NCBI GenBank assembly: GCA_965204345.1
Contig: OZ241981.1
Coordinates: 352,001 to 416,000, forward strand
DNA: 64,000 bases
Origin: Nitrosopumilus sp.
GTDB taxonomy: Archaea > Thermoproteota > Nitrososphaeria > Nitrososphaerales > Nitrosopumilaceae
Direction: 5' to 3'
The stretch's first letter is position 1; the number at the start of each line of letters is the position of its first letter. This document shows, piece by piece, positions 51,368 through 62,822 of this stretch. Below the pieces are notes generated by a model, which was not told the DNA's origin, ran no database searches, and worked only from the letters and a program-made list of their open reading frames with translations. Made by a program: the position numbers and the translations under genes.

Positions 51368-51598
51368 TCAGAGTATGTCATCATCATCCCAGGTCAGTCT
51401 GAATTTTCCTGTAACCCGAAACATGTGCAGTCGTCCACTCTCTTTAAAACGTAGTTTGTAAGATTTGTGCGAAGTGTCTTCAATCTCCAGACTTGCACCT
51501 TCCTTTACGGCCTGAAAAACAATGGGATCATTTGATGTTTGCCTCCATTCATTCTCGTCAAAATCCATGTAGAATTTGGTGTACAGCAGACCCATCAT
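51368..51598 (-). CDS. Hypothetical protein
   Basis: MGLLYTKFYMDF...FRVTGKFRLTWDDDDIL; protein-like composition. Confidence 0.7.
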   Translation of the reverse strand: MMGLLYTKFYMDFDENEWRQTSNDPIVFQAVKEGASLEIEDTSHKSYKLRFKESGRLHMFRVTGKFRLTWDDDDIL

Positions 51599-51993
51599 CC
51601 ATTACAAAACATACCCGAATAAATAACTAGATGTTCTTTTGCTGTTCAAAAAAAAATACTCCGTGTAAAGGCCCAAGTTGCCGGCAATGCCAAGAGGGTT
51701 GTTCTCAAGTCCCTCATCTTGAGGGTTGGCACGGGAAATTACCCCACCCTCAAATTACAAAACCAGTCACAGTCGTTGGAAAGCAAGGGGAATTAAAACT
51801 GTCTTGTCATCAAATGCATTTTGAGTAATTACACTTTTGGAAACTGCAAGGTATCAATGCAAGCATGGCTTGCCAAGAGGGAATCATCCAAAGTCCAGAA
51901 CACGAACCTTAAAAGACCTACAGTGGCATTGGAAGGTCTGATGGGAATGCCATCAAACTTTATGAACTTAAAAAAAAGGAAAAATCGATCACA

Positions 51994-52407
51994 CTAGTTT
52001 GTTTGTGCGAAGGGAGTTATCCAGGACTGGATAATGTTCTTGTTTAATTCAGCAAACGCATTGACGTTGTCATTGAATGTCTTAAAGTTTTGAACAGTTG
52101 CATCAATTGTTGTCTTGAGCAACTGGTTGTTCACTGTGCTTGCCTGAACAATCTGCTTGTTGGTATCAATGATTGCAGTTTTTGCAGCATCTGAAATTTC
52201 AGTCCTGATTCCATTTTTCTTTGCAAATTCTTGCTGCATAGATACCGTAGCGTTAATTGTTTTTTGACAAGTTTTCATACATTCGTCTTGCAAATGTGTT
52301 ACGGATTGGAAATATTGCGGAGTTAATTTTGCAATATTTTCAAAGTATTTTTGAACATTTTGCTTGTACATTGTGTATGCATCGCTAGGCGGAGATTGTG
52401 TACTCAT
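51994..52407 (-). CDS. Helical Gln/Asn-rich protein, phasin-like
   Basis: Amphipathic helical pattern PQYFQSVTHLQ...FNDNVNAFAELNKNIIQSW; function inferred. Confidence 0.6.
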   Translation of the reverse strand: MSTQSPPSDAYTMYKQNVQKYFENIAKLTPQYFQSVTHLQDECMKTCQKTINATVSMQQEFAKKNGIRTEISDAAKTAIIDTNKQIVQASTVNNQLLKTTIDATVQNFKTFNDNVNAFAELNKNIIQSWITPFAQTN

Positions 52408-52610
52408 GATTTTAGTGATCTGTGGCGGATATATATATACTATTGGTAATGAATGGTAATGAATGTCAATTACAGGTAAATAATGAGTGATTTAAGTAAA
52501 GTGTTGCCTGCCAAAGTGTGCAGGCATTACAAAAGATACAGCTAGCAGTCATCACACACATCAAATTCATCACACAGAGCAGTGATGATGATGATTGGTA
52601 AAACTGACGA

Positions 52611-54803
52611 CTATTCCTTATCGATAAATTCGTTAACACCTGGGGGTTCTGGTGCCAGTCCCTTTCTCTTTCTAATGTCAGCAACAGCTGTGGCCAGCAT
52701 TGATTTTGGAACTTCGGTCCATTCCTTAAAGGATGTATTCCATGTGGCACGGCCTGCTGTTTGCCCCCTCATTGCCTCAGATAACGTAAATGTCTCAGAG
52801 GCCGGAATCTCACCTATAACAATACTGGATGCGCCTTTTTGGGACATGTCAAGTACCTTTCCACGTTTGCCTGAAAGGATGGTTGCAACGTTTCCAACTA
52901 AATCAGTCGGAACGCGGACTTCAATTGCCAGGGTTGGCTCTAGCACTGCTGTGCCTGCGGTGAGCAATGCACCCATGCATGCCCTGCGGGAGGCAGGACC
53001 TAGTTGGGAGAGGCCCCTGTGTGCCGTATCCTCGTGAGGTACAAAGTGAGTAAAGATGAATTTACAGTCCCTCATCTGCTCCCTACATAGCGGGCCTTCC
53101 CTCATTACTTCTTCAAATCCCGAGTTAATAGAGTCAGTAGACTCTTGAACAAATTGCACGCCCTTTGTTCCGTTAATCAAAACATTGCCGCGAGAATCAA
53201 ATTTCATAACCCTCTTGATTGTATCAGTGTCCCATCCGGCTCCCTTGAGCAGGTCAGAGACCACTTTCTTGTCTTTGATATCGGAGATCTCACCAGTCCT
53301 TAGCATGTGTGCAATCTCTGGCTCTAGTGGCTCTACCTTTAAGAAAATCTTGTTGTGTCGGTTTGGAGATTTTGCCATAATTGGCTCACATGCAGCCTTT
53401 ACAGTCTCCCTGTAGTTAATCAGAGGCTCTGAGGTTACAATCTCACATTTTGCATCCTGTATTCTGTGTGTTGCAACATCCAAGTGCAATACACCCATTC
53501 CTGCAACAATTGTCTCGCCGGATTCCTCGTCAATTTTTACAATAAGATTTGGATCCTCAATTGTGAGCTGCTTTAGAATTTCAACTAGTTTGGGAAGATC
53601 TTTAGGATGCTTTGGCTCAATGGCAATCTGGACGACAGGCTCTGAGACATACTTTACACCCTCAAACATTGGCATGTCCTTTACAGTGGACAGCGTGTTG
53701 CCTGCCCTGCACTCAGTTAGTCCCAACAATGCAGGAATGTTTCCTGCACCTAGTTCCCCAACTTGTTCCCTTTGGTTACCCATAAAGAAGTTAACTGACT
53801 GAACTCGGCCGTCCCTTTTCTCATCGATGATGTGGATAGTTTGCCCATCTTTGATGGTGCCAGAAAATAGCCTTCCAATTGCAACGGGGCCCGCCGCAGG
53901 GTCTAGCACCATGTTTACAACCATCATGATTGTCGGACCAGAATCATCGCAAGCAAGTAATGCCTTGCCAACATCTGACTCTAGATCACCTTTCCAAATT
54001 TGTGGAATTCTGTACTTTACTGCCTTGTGTGGAGGAGGATGATGGTTTACCACCATTCCAAGTACGGCATCAGCCAATGGGGCCTTTTCTACAAGTTCAG
54101 AAACCTTTTCGTTTTCATATGCATCAATGACATCCTTGAAGGTGATTCCCCTCTCCTTCATCAGCTCAAGATTAATTGCCCACCTGTCTTTTGCAGAACC
54201 AAACGTTACACTTGAATCCTGAATGGATACCTTCCATTTCTCCTTGTATTCTTGCTCTGCATACGTGTCAATTAGCGTATTAAAATTTGAGACGACCTCT
54301 GCAAGCTGTGCCTGCATTTTTTCTGGTGTTAGTCGCAGCTCTTTGATTAGTCTGTCTACCTTGTTGATAAACAAGACAGGTTTTACCCTCTCCTCTAGCG
54401 CCATCCTAGTAACAGTCTCAGTCTGAGTCATTATGCCCTCTACTGCATCGCACACAACTACTGCACCATCAATGGCCCTAAGGCTTCGAATAACCCTGCC
54501 GCTAAAATCCACGTGACCGGGGGTATCAATCATGTTAATGACATATTCGGTGTCATTTTTTGAAAAGTGCAAAGTAACATTTGCCTGATAAATTGTAATT
54601 CCTCTTTCTTGCTCCTCCTTGTCAAAATCCATTGCAAGTGCTTTTCCGGCAGCAGAGGGGGCAATGATTCCAGAGTATGCCAAAAGACTGTCACTCATGG
54701 TAGTCTTACCATGGTCCACGTGTGCAATCACGCCAAAGTTTCGGATCTGCTCCTTGTTCTTGATAATTTTAAGAACCTCGCCTGTGGACTTGAATTTTAC
54801 CAT
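52611..54803 (-). CDS. fusA: Translation elongation factor EF-2
   Basis: AHVDHGKTT, EQERGITI, DTPGHVDF, NKVD; diphthamide loop HEDTAHRG. Confidence 0.99.
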   Translation of the reverse strand: MVKFKSTGEVLKIIKNKEQIRNFGVIAHVDHGKTTMSDSLLAYSGIIAPSAAGKALAMDFDKEEQERGITIYQANVTLHFSKNDTEYVINMIDTPGHVDFSGRVIRSLRAIDGAVVVCDAVEGIMTQTETVTRMALEERVKPVLFINKVDRLIKELRLTPEKMQAQLAEVVSNFNTLIDTYAEQEYKEKWKVSIQDSSVTFGSAKDRWAINLELMKERGITFKDVIDAYENEKVSELVEKAPLADAVLGMVVNHHPPPHKAVKYRIPQIWKGDLESDVGKALLACDDSGPTIMMVVNMVLDPAAGPVAIGRLFSGTIKDGQTIHIIDEKRDGRVQSVNFFMGNQREQVGELGAGNIPALLGLTECRAGNTLSTVKDMPMFEGVKYVSEPVVQIAIEPKHPKDLPKLVEILKQLTIEDPNLIVKIDEESGETIVAGMGVLHLDVATHRIQDAKCEIVTSEPLINYRETVKAACEPIMAKSPNRHNKIFLKVEPLEPEIAHMLRTGEISDIKDKKVVSDLLKGAGWDTDTIKRVMKFDSRGNVLINGTKGVQFVQESTDSINSGFEEVMREGPLCREQMRDCKFIFTHFVPHEDTAHRGLSQLGPASRRACMGALLTAGTAVLEPTLAIEVRVPTDLVGNVATILSGKRGKVLDMSQKGASSIVIGEIPASETFTLSEAMRGQTAGRATWNTSFKEWTEVPKSMLATAVADIRKRKGLAPEPPGVNEFIDKE

Positions 54804-54826
54804 ATTCGCAAAACTTTGGATTCAGG

Positions 54827-54833
54827 TATTAAA
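54827..54833 (-). promoter_or_regulatory. Putative archaeal TATA box for EF-2
   Basis: TTTAATA on the minus strand 24-30 nt upstream of the ATG, consistent with a short-leader/leaderless transcript. Confidence 0.45.
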
Positions 54834-55521
54834 CCTTAGCCTTCTTTGAAAAGATACGCGGATCATGCAATTAGAAAGATGACAATCTTTTTTGCGGTGA
54901 GAAGGCAGCATCCTTTCTTTCTTTTTTTTCTTTCTAGTCTCTCATAAAGTAAAAAATGAATCAAAAAAGATAGAGAAAGACCAACAGATCACCCTGGAAT
55001 AATTTCTCAGAAAGAACATTTGGCAAACAATGGCAATGCGCCTTCCAAAAGGCATGCTGTCTGTAGCAAAAACCCCAAGTTTTTCAAAGCATGATCATCT
55101 TATCTGAGGATTTGTGTAGCTATTCAGACAAAAGCAATGGCAATCTGCTTTTTTTTGCAATTTTTGCAACCCTGTTGCCAGCGACATTCCGGAAACTGAT
55201 TCAGAATGGACATGTTTTGATCCTTCTAAAGATTTTTTTTGTTGCAAAAAAGGAGTGTACTCATTCCAGTTATCAAACCATTTGAAAATGACTGCAAGTG
55301 AAAAAAAAATCCAGAGAATTCCCGTACCATGTAAAAAAAAGAATGTTCCTTGTGGCTGCCAAATACAGACTATAATTTTTTAAAAGACTGGAAAATCTCG
55401 CCGTAAGGCAGTGTCATCTTTATGACATGAAGCTGTAATCAAAATAAATTTTTGGCATATATTAGAAGAAGCGATTCAGAATAGGTTTTGGTATTTATTA
55501 CCAAAATCAAGCAAGACAGGC

Positions 55522-56349
55522 ATGGAAGTTTCTGTAGGACATACGCCTGATTCAGACGATGCGTTCATGTTTTATGCAATGTTTACAGACAGGATTCCAT
55601 CGCCGGACTTTAAGGTAAACCACGTCATAGAGGACATTGAGAGACTAAATCAGAAAGCAACAGAGCCGGAGCTTGATGTCACGGCAGTTTCAGTGCACGC
55701 ATGTGCGTACATTCCGGGATATACAATCTTGAGAAGCGGCGGAAGTTTTGGAATCAATTATGGGCCAATAGTCACATCTAGAAAGCAGATGACAGTTGAG
55801 GAGATTAAAAAATGTAAAATTGCAATTCCGGGAAAAATGACATCGGCGTTTTTACTGTTGCAGCTAATGATTGGAAAGTTTGATTATGTTGAGATGAATT
55901 TTAGCGACATTCCAAAAGCTGTCAGGTCAGGCAAGGTAGATGTGGGGCTGGTAATTCACGAAACCCAACTATCCTATGAGCAAGAAGGCAATGTCAAAAT
56001 TTTGGATGTCGGAGAGTGGTGGGACAAGACCACAGGCGGATTGCCGGTGCCGCTTGGAATCAACGTGATGAAGACAGAACTGGGCAGGGATGCCATAGCC
56101 AGGTTTGACAGATACCTTCAAGAATCAATTGAGTTTGGAATAGAGCACTTTGAGGAGGCCATAGAGTATGCCATGCAGTATTCGAGGGGAAAAGAAAAAA
56201 GTCTGATTGAAAAATTTGTAAGAATGTATGTCAATAATGTAACTGTGAACATGGGTGATGCAGGTGAAGAATCCATACGACGGTTGTTTAAGATGGCAAA
56301 AGAGAAGGGACTGGTTCCGGACTTTGAAATTAGCATAGCCAACAAGTAA
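55522..56349 (+). CDS. mqnD: 1,4-dihydroxy-6-naphthoate synthase (MqnD-like, futalosine pathway)
   Basis: GHTPDSDDAFMFYA, DIERLN, YGPIV, AIPGKMTSA, GLVIHE, LPVPLG, MYVN. Confidence 0.88.
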   Translation: MEVSVGHTPDSDDAFMFYAMFTDRIPSPDFKVNHVIEDIERLNQKATEPELDVTAVSVHACAYIPGYTILRSGGSFGINYGPIVTSRKQMTVEEIKKCKIAIPGKMTSAFLLLQLMIGKFDYVEMNFSDIPKAVRSGKVDVGLVIHETQLSYEQEGNVKILDVGEWWDKTTGGLPVPLGINVMKTELGRDAIARFDRYLQESIEFGIEHFEEAIEYAMQYSRGKEKSLIEKFVRMYVNNVTVNMGDAGEESIRRLFKMAKEKGLVPDFEISIANK

Positions 56350-56375
56350 TATAGAACAGAAAAAAAATAACAGAT

Positions 56376-56666
56376 ATGGGAGACGGAATCGGCGGAGCAG
56401 TATTAAATATTCTTACAGGCAATGCTTTTGAGTTGCTAGTTAGCCATACAAGAAAAGACAACCAGGACCAGTATGGCAAAGTAGAGAAAATAATCATGAG
56501 CAAAATCGATGATCCCAAACAGCCACAATACGAGGAAAAGACAAAAGAGGATTTAGAGCGGGCACTAAAGGGCAAATTTGTCTCATGTAATGTCCAATAC
56601 AGGGATGAAAAGACAGATGCACTAGTGTGTAACGTCTTTGTTCAGAGGCCGCCAGAAGGATTTTAG
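56376..56666 (+). CDS. Hypothetical protein, possible SNase/OB-like fold
   Basis: KIDDP...LERALKGKFVSCNVQYRDE...LVCNV resembles the SNase fold, but catalytic residues are not evident. Confidence 0.6.
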   Translation: MGDGIGGAVLNILTGNAFELLVSHTRKDNQDQYGKVEKIIMSKIDDPKQPQYEEKTKEDLERALKGKFVSCNVQYRDEKTDALVCNVFVQRPPEGF

Positions 56667-57036
56667 GCTGTTTTTAGTGGAACTTGGACACATTTTCAAA
56701 CCGGGATTCTTGAAGATAATTTTCTAGCTGTTTTGATTGGGGAAATTGTGCAATAATGCCAGCTAGTCATCTAGTCAGCCAATGACTCAAGCAAGGCATG
56801 CATTAAAAAAACCAAGTCAGGACAAAAGATGAAGAGTTGGCAATGGGGAAGAAAAAAGATCCCAGCAGAAGAATGTCCTGAGGAATTCTGTCTGGAAATC
56901 CCCCCCCCCGCACTTCAAAGATCTCAGCATTGCACCAGGAAAATCAAGACATCAGGTGTGCAAGAGGCAGAAAAACAAAGGCGGGGAGATGCAAGAAAGA
57001 ATCAAGGCCAGAAATCAAAAAAAAGGCTAAAACAGA

Positions 57037-57366
57037 CTAGAGTGCAGACGGGTCTGTTTTGCCATCCCGAATCTTTACTAGTTTATCAATTTTGTAGCAA
57101 AGAACAATTCCGTCGCCCTTTTGGCCGGTACTTGCCGCTTTTTGAATAATACCCACGATATTATCAGCATCCTTGTCAGCACATAAAAGCTCAATTTTTG
57201 ATTTTGGGATATAGTTACTAGAGCTGGTTCTAAGACTTTTGTGCTCTGTATGAATTCCGGTAATCTGTACTTGGTATGCAGAATAGGTAGTGATTCCAAT
57301 TTCTGCCAAAGCATGCTGAACTTGATAAAAAATGGAATTTCTCACGATTGCCTCGATTTTATACAT
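57037..57366 (-). CDS. P-II family signal transduction protein (divergent)
   Basis: MYKIEAIVR...PKSKIEL...TGQKGDGIV...VKIRDG; non-canonical T-loop. Confidence 0.88.
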   Translation of the reverse strand: MYKIEAIVRNSIFYQVQHALAEIGITTYSAYQVQITGIHTEHKSLRTSSSNYIPKSKIELLCADKDADNIVGIIQKAASTGQKGDGIVLCYKIDKLVKIRDGKTDPSAL

Positions 57367-57565
57367 AACTCAAAGATGTCTGCAAGAGGTTAAAAATTTT
57401 TTTGCCAGATTCAAATGATCGGAACAGAATCATCACAGATACTACACTGTTCAATTCAAGTGATGGGTGTTAAGTTAGGGTGATGACAGATTCAAAAAAA
57501 ATTACACTTTTCAAAACTCTGGACATTTGCCCCTAGTATCCAATTCGGGACATGGAATCAACATT

Positions 57566-57826
57566 CTAATCCAAAAGATGGCCTTTGGGATATTCCTTGA
57601 TTAAGTCCTGCATGACCCATACTGCCTCATTTCTGATGGACTCGTCTGGATGCACGATGAATTTTTTGCAAAATTCCAGCCTGTCATTGCCGGACAACGT
57701 CTGTGCATATCTCTGGTCTATTTTGGAATGCGATATAGAATCAAATTTGGATGAGGTATCTTTTATGACAGTTATCTTGTTTTGGTCAATGATCATACAT
57801 CTGCCTGGTGCAAACTTTTCAGCCAT
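57566..57826 (-). CDS. Hypothetical protein, possible HEAT-repeat fragment
   Basis: IVHPDESIRNEAVWVM resembles one HEAT unit; may be truncated. Confidence 0.45.
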   Translation of the reverse strand: MAEKFAPGRCMIIDQNKITVIKDTSSKFDSISHSKIDQRYAQTLSGNDRLEFCKKFIVHPDESIRNEAVWVMQDLIKEYPKGHLLD

Positions 57827-57947
57827 GTCAGATAAACTGCCACAAATACAATTTAATGGATTTGGTATATTTTGGTTATCTGATAACTGGAATTTGACAA
57901 TTTATTGCCAAGATTCACCATTGGCAGTTTTTAGGATGGGTTGCAAG

Positions 57948-58247
57948 TCATTTCATTGTTAAGGCGGTTTGTATGTCGTCCCAAGCACTTGAGCACGTTT
58001 CGATAGGAGTTTTTGGTATCAAACATCGATTTGTCTGATGTGTTGGCTCACAAAGTGATATGACCCCTCCATCCGGAAGATCTATTAATCCTGGACAAAT
58101 CATGGCCCGATGTTCTGGGGATAAATCATCATCTGATAGGCATATTATTGAGTCAAGATAACATGTGGGTGTAAAAAGTATGCCAACTATCGTAAGGATT
58201 ATGACAGTAATACCAAATAAAAAGAGAGTGGAGGGTAACTTGATCAT
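57948..58247 (-). CDS. Small Cys-rich membrane-anchored protein, translationally coupled to the protease
   Basis: ATG at 58247 overlaps the protease TGA (ATGA); TM helix then 6 Cys in ~60 aa. Confidence 0.65.
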   Translation of the reverse strand: MIKLPSTLFLFGITVIILTIVGILFTPTCYLDSIICLSDDDLSPEHRAMICPGLIDLPDGGVISLCEPTHQTNRCLIPKTPIETCSSAWDDIQTALTMK

Positions 58248-61200
58248 CGCAGACTTAGAACCGCCTTGACATTTTCCCAAGCACTAAAAGTCTTGTAATA
58301 AAATTGGTCTTTACTGCAAAAAACCGAATTATCCTCCAAAGTAAGAAGAGGTTGACCTTCAGATAATGACTCAAAAACACAAGCGCCACCCTGATGAACT
58401 CCTACAATTTTAGAACTGCCGTCTATATGATGTACAATTGCACCACCACTGTCGCCTTCAATACCCGGATACAAAGCTATTCCCATATTTTTAAAGACAG
58501 TATTACCTTGGGTTACAGTTGCATTTTTGTACCATAGCCGACCATCACCATTGCTCTGATGACCATAAATGGTCAGAATAGACCAATGTGGTACTTCAGC
58601 TAATGTACCCTGAGTCACATCAATTACTGTTCCATTCATAGCTTGTACTTTACTTCCGACGACAACATTTGGCTCAGTTATTGGCATAAATGCAGCATCA
58701 ACAGATCCACCGTAATAAACGAGTATAGGTTCTCTGTGGATAACTTTATCATTAGAAGTGTTATTTATTCTATGTTCAACAAAAGTATCACCCGGTTTCA
58801 ATAAAACAGTATGCCCTGCAGTTACAAAGCCATCAAAGCCCGTAGTGTTTGTAGCTCCTATTGTTATAGTGCCTAAATTCCAATAGATCTTACCATCTTC
58901 ATTACTAGTAACTAGATTGTATGTATCCCCACCATAAAATTCAATTGTAGGTGGTGTTTCAAAAATGGAACAGAGACCTCCAATTTGACCACTAGGACCG
59001 TCACTTGAACAGTCTGGTTGTGGTGCTTCTGGGCAACCACGGTTGGTTGCACTTGCCTCATTTGGACAGTTGTCTATACTGTCAGGATATCCGTCACCGT
59101 CAGCATCAGGATTAGTAGGTCCTGATCTTGGGTTTATGGTTATGGTAAATCTTTCAATCGATGAGTTGTTTGCAGCATCTCTTGCAGTACACGTCACCTG
59201 GGTTACGCCAAGTGGGAAGAATCCCGTATCATGATTACATGATGGCTCTACTATACCATCCACATTGTCTACAGCAGTTACCCTAAACTCGATATATTTG
59301 ACAATGCCTGCCCTGATTTTAGATACAATGTCATCAGGTACTGTAATCACAGGCGGTGTGGTATCAGGACAGCCCTTTAGTTGTGCCAGTCCTGCTTCCT
59401 GTGGGCAGTCATCTGCACTATCTAGCAAGCCATCACTATCAGAGTCTACCAAAACCGGTGACAGAGTAGATGTACCTGATGTGGCCTTGATCAGCACATC
59501 GTCAATTCCCACCTCTTCGTTAAAAGAACTCATAGATGCCGTAAAGCGTACGTTAAACACATCAGACTTGTAAGCACTTAGGTCGTAGCTCTCAGCATGC
59601 CAAGTGTCATCGTTATCGCCGTTCTCATCAGTCCAGATGTCAAGCTGTCTCCAGGTGTTTCCGTTGGTTGTAACCTCTACTTTGAGATACTCGCCATCGC
59701 CGTCATTATATCTATCCAATGACTCATCAACATATCTCCAAAACTCCAATGTCGGGTTTTGCAGATTTGAGATGTTAATTGACTGTGACATGGTTATGGT
59801 GCAAAGCGAATCACAGTTGTCAGCCTCTGCCACCTTGTTGCTGCTTGGATGGCCGGGAGGCAGTTGGCGTTCGTCAAAACGGTCTGCCCTCCAGTCAGGC
59901 TCGTTTGTCCTTATCCACTTGTTTAGGGTGCCGCCCTCAAAGTCATCTGAAAATACAACAACATTGGCAACAGATGCCGTGTTCTGAATCGACATGTTAT
60001 CTATCATTGTAATTTCACCAGATGTGCTACTGCGTGCTGTTATGCGCACCTGTAGATCATCTATGAGATATTCAGATGACAAATCGTATGATTCAGTATG
60101 CCATGTGTTGTCATCGTCTCTTGCAGATGCCTGCCAGTCAAATATTGTATCCCATGTGCGGCCATCATACAGCTGCACTTTGAGATATTCACCATAATCC
60201 AGTCCGGATCCTACAAACCTATCAAATGTGAGATGGCCTGACTGTCTGGAGGACAAATCCACAGGAGATAGCGTGATTGTGCATGTTCTATCACAGTTTG
60301 AGGCATAGGCTACCGTGTTGCCTGACTGGCTGCCCGGTACTGTAGTAGATGGCGGACGAATTGTCCAGTTAGAGTCTCCGCTCTGAGTCCAGTTGCTGAA
60401 AGTTCTGAAATCCTCAGATATTGTAGTTGGAATGGGTGGTGGTTGGTTGTTTGGTGGTGGTGGTGGTGGTGGTGGTGGTTGGTTGTCTGGTGGTGGTGGT
60501 TGGTTGTCTGGTGGTGGTGGTTGGTTGTCTGGTGGTGGTGGTTGGTTGTCTGGTGGTGGTGGTTGGTTGTCTGGTGGTGGTGGTGATGGTGGCGTCAGCA
60601 TAATAGGATTGGTACTTGCCAGTGCAAAGTCTTGTACCGGCTTGTTTATGCTATCAATGTTAGAGCCGCTAACTGTTATGGTGTATGTTCCGGTACGAGT
60701 TGGGTTAAACACTGCAAACTCGTTTGTCTGGTGGTCTGATGTTGCCCGTATTATGGTATTATCTGGCGATGTTACTGTAAAATCCAAATTTGCAATAGGC
60801 ACTGGTATATGGGTACGTGACAACTGTCCGTCGATGCTGCCATGCGGATGAACCAGCCATGACAGTATCACTTTGACTGGCTTTGATGTGTCCTGTACTG
60901 TAAACCAGTACTGCTTTGTGTCGGTATTTGACACAAGACGGTCTGATATTATGTGGGATGGTGCATTGTTGACATACCTGAGTGATTCAGCAGCATCTAG
61001 TATGCCAAATCCCACGTTATTGAGTATTTGAAGGGATGATGCCTCATTGTTTGCAATATTTCTGTCTGCTGGCTGCCTTGCATGAGAACAGTTGTCATTT
61101 GAGTTGACTTGCTCGTATTGGGCTGATGTGCATGGTATCGGACCAGTCCAGTTGGCACCCAAGAAAAGGGCAGTTTTTAGCTCAACAGGAGTCATCTCAG

Positions 61201-62574
61201 GCTTTAACTGCAACATAAGGGCAGTAACTGCACTTACCTCAGATGCCGCAAAACTGCTTCCACCTCGAATAAATGTGTCAGTTGCTGCAACAGAACTTAG
61301 TACTTGAATGGCCGCTGTTGGTGCAACCAGCTCAGGCTTTAGTAATACAGTTCCGGGTGCAGGACCCCTGCCAGAATAAGATGCTATTGCCGGCGTACCA
61401 TCAGCATTGCTCTTTATTACACCTACGGTAATTTCATTGTGTCCGCATCCGGGATGAGTTATTGACTGAAAAGCTGCCCCTCTTGCTATTCCGTTCTCAT
61501 AAAGTATACCCCTGTTTCCTGCAGCTGATACTGCAACCATTCCCTTGTCAACTGCCTCATTTGTGATCAGACTAATCGTGTTTGCATGACTTGCACGGCA
61601 GATTCCAAAACCAAAGCTCATGTTTGCTATGTCTGCTCCGTTATTAAAAGACCAATCAAGGGCATGTACCACGTCTCTTGCATGTGTCTTGACAAAGACA
61701 TGTTTGTTCTGACTATCCAAGCTGTGTCTTCCAATTGAGGCATCCAAAAGATTCACACCCGGTGCAATGCCGTTGTGGGCTGGCAGTCCTGATGCGGCAA
61801 TGACCTGGGCTATCTGCGTACCGTGGGATGGAAAGGCAGAAGATACTGCTCCGTTATTGAATCCTACCACGCTGGCAGCAGTTGCAGGACTACACATACC
61901 GCTACTGCACTCTACACGGTCCGTGATTCTGTTGTTAAATGCGGTGTTGTGATTAACACCGCTGTCAATTACTGCCACAGCAACCCCGCGACCATCAAGA
62001 CTGGTGCCTGCTGCTGTACGAATCTCGTTTGGAGTTGCATGTACGGTTTCCTTGGTTGTATCAATCTCCAGAGTTACGGGAGTTTCACCATCTCCCATGG
62101 CATAAACCTCGTCATAAAGTGAGATTCCCGGAACTTTTGCAACCGGAATGGATGCAGTCACAAATGAGAGTGACTCTGCTGCTGCTATGTTGCGTGCGCC
62201 AAGAAGATCAAGTTTCTGTACTATTGTATCCTTGTTCTCGCGTGCTGTCTCATCTGCATCTCTGTTATCGCTCCCGTCATCTCTGGTCACTATGATTAGG
62301 ACATCATAGTATCGTGTGCCGTCATGCACCCCATAGTCGCCATCCTGTGGTACCTCAGATATGAGACCCTGGATTTTATCATAAAAACCTCCATCAAACT
62401 TGTATGGTACATCTATGCTTGCACAGGACCTAATGTGTTGTCATCTAGGATAAGATTGCCTGGCACTTCAAACTGTGCATTCTCATCGTCAGTCTGGGAT
62501 GCAGAATCCAGTGGATACGCAAATAAAATAACTATTGAAAAAACTATGATCGGTAACATAATTTTTGCATTCAA
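58244..62574 (-). CDS. Secreted multidomain protease (S8 subtilase + Pro linker + beta-sandwich domains + TSP3/HYR + C-terminal S1 domain); 5' frameshift, possible pseudogene
   Basis: S8: VAVIDSG, SHGT, AAGN, KPEL.AP, GSSFAA; TSP3 DSDSDG..DDCP and DADGDG..DNCP; HYR DTTPPVITVP; S1: TAGH, VDAAF, GDSGG. Signal peptide (62574-62413) is in a different frame from the long ORF (58244-62329). Confidence 0.85.
60435..60592 (-). repeat. 21-nt tandem repeat x5 plus a GGT run, encoding a (PPPPDNQ)n linker
   Basis: tggttgtctggtggtggtggt units on the + strand. Confidence 0.92.
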
Positions 62575-62822
62575 GATAGACTATGATCATTACTGCAGTT
62601 ATTATCATTAGTGGTAGTCCTCCTGACTTGATGAGTCAGGCATTGCTTGTATTGACTCTTAGGCAGAAGAAGACTCAAAACATCTTAAATCATATCTAAC
62701 TGCCTTTTTCACCTTAATTCCAGTACCTTCATACTTGTGTCCAAATCAGACAACCAGTAGTGTAGCAGTGTATGATATTATACCTCACAATAATCAGATG
62801 TCAACTACACATGTGAAATACT

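Noticed and set aside
52444-52465. 10-nt tandem TGGTAATGAA x2 and a TA run upstream of the phasin-like gene
   Set aside because: Too short to separate from chance or ordinary promoter sequence.
52611-54803. EF-2 not adjacent to rps12/rps7
   Set aside because: The gene is intact and ordinary; a stand-alone location is not evidence of anything unusual.
60393-60851. Gly/Trp-rich + strand ORF
   Set aside because: Antisense of the PPPPDNQ linker in the protease.
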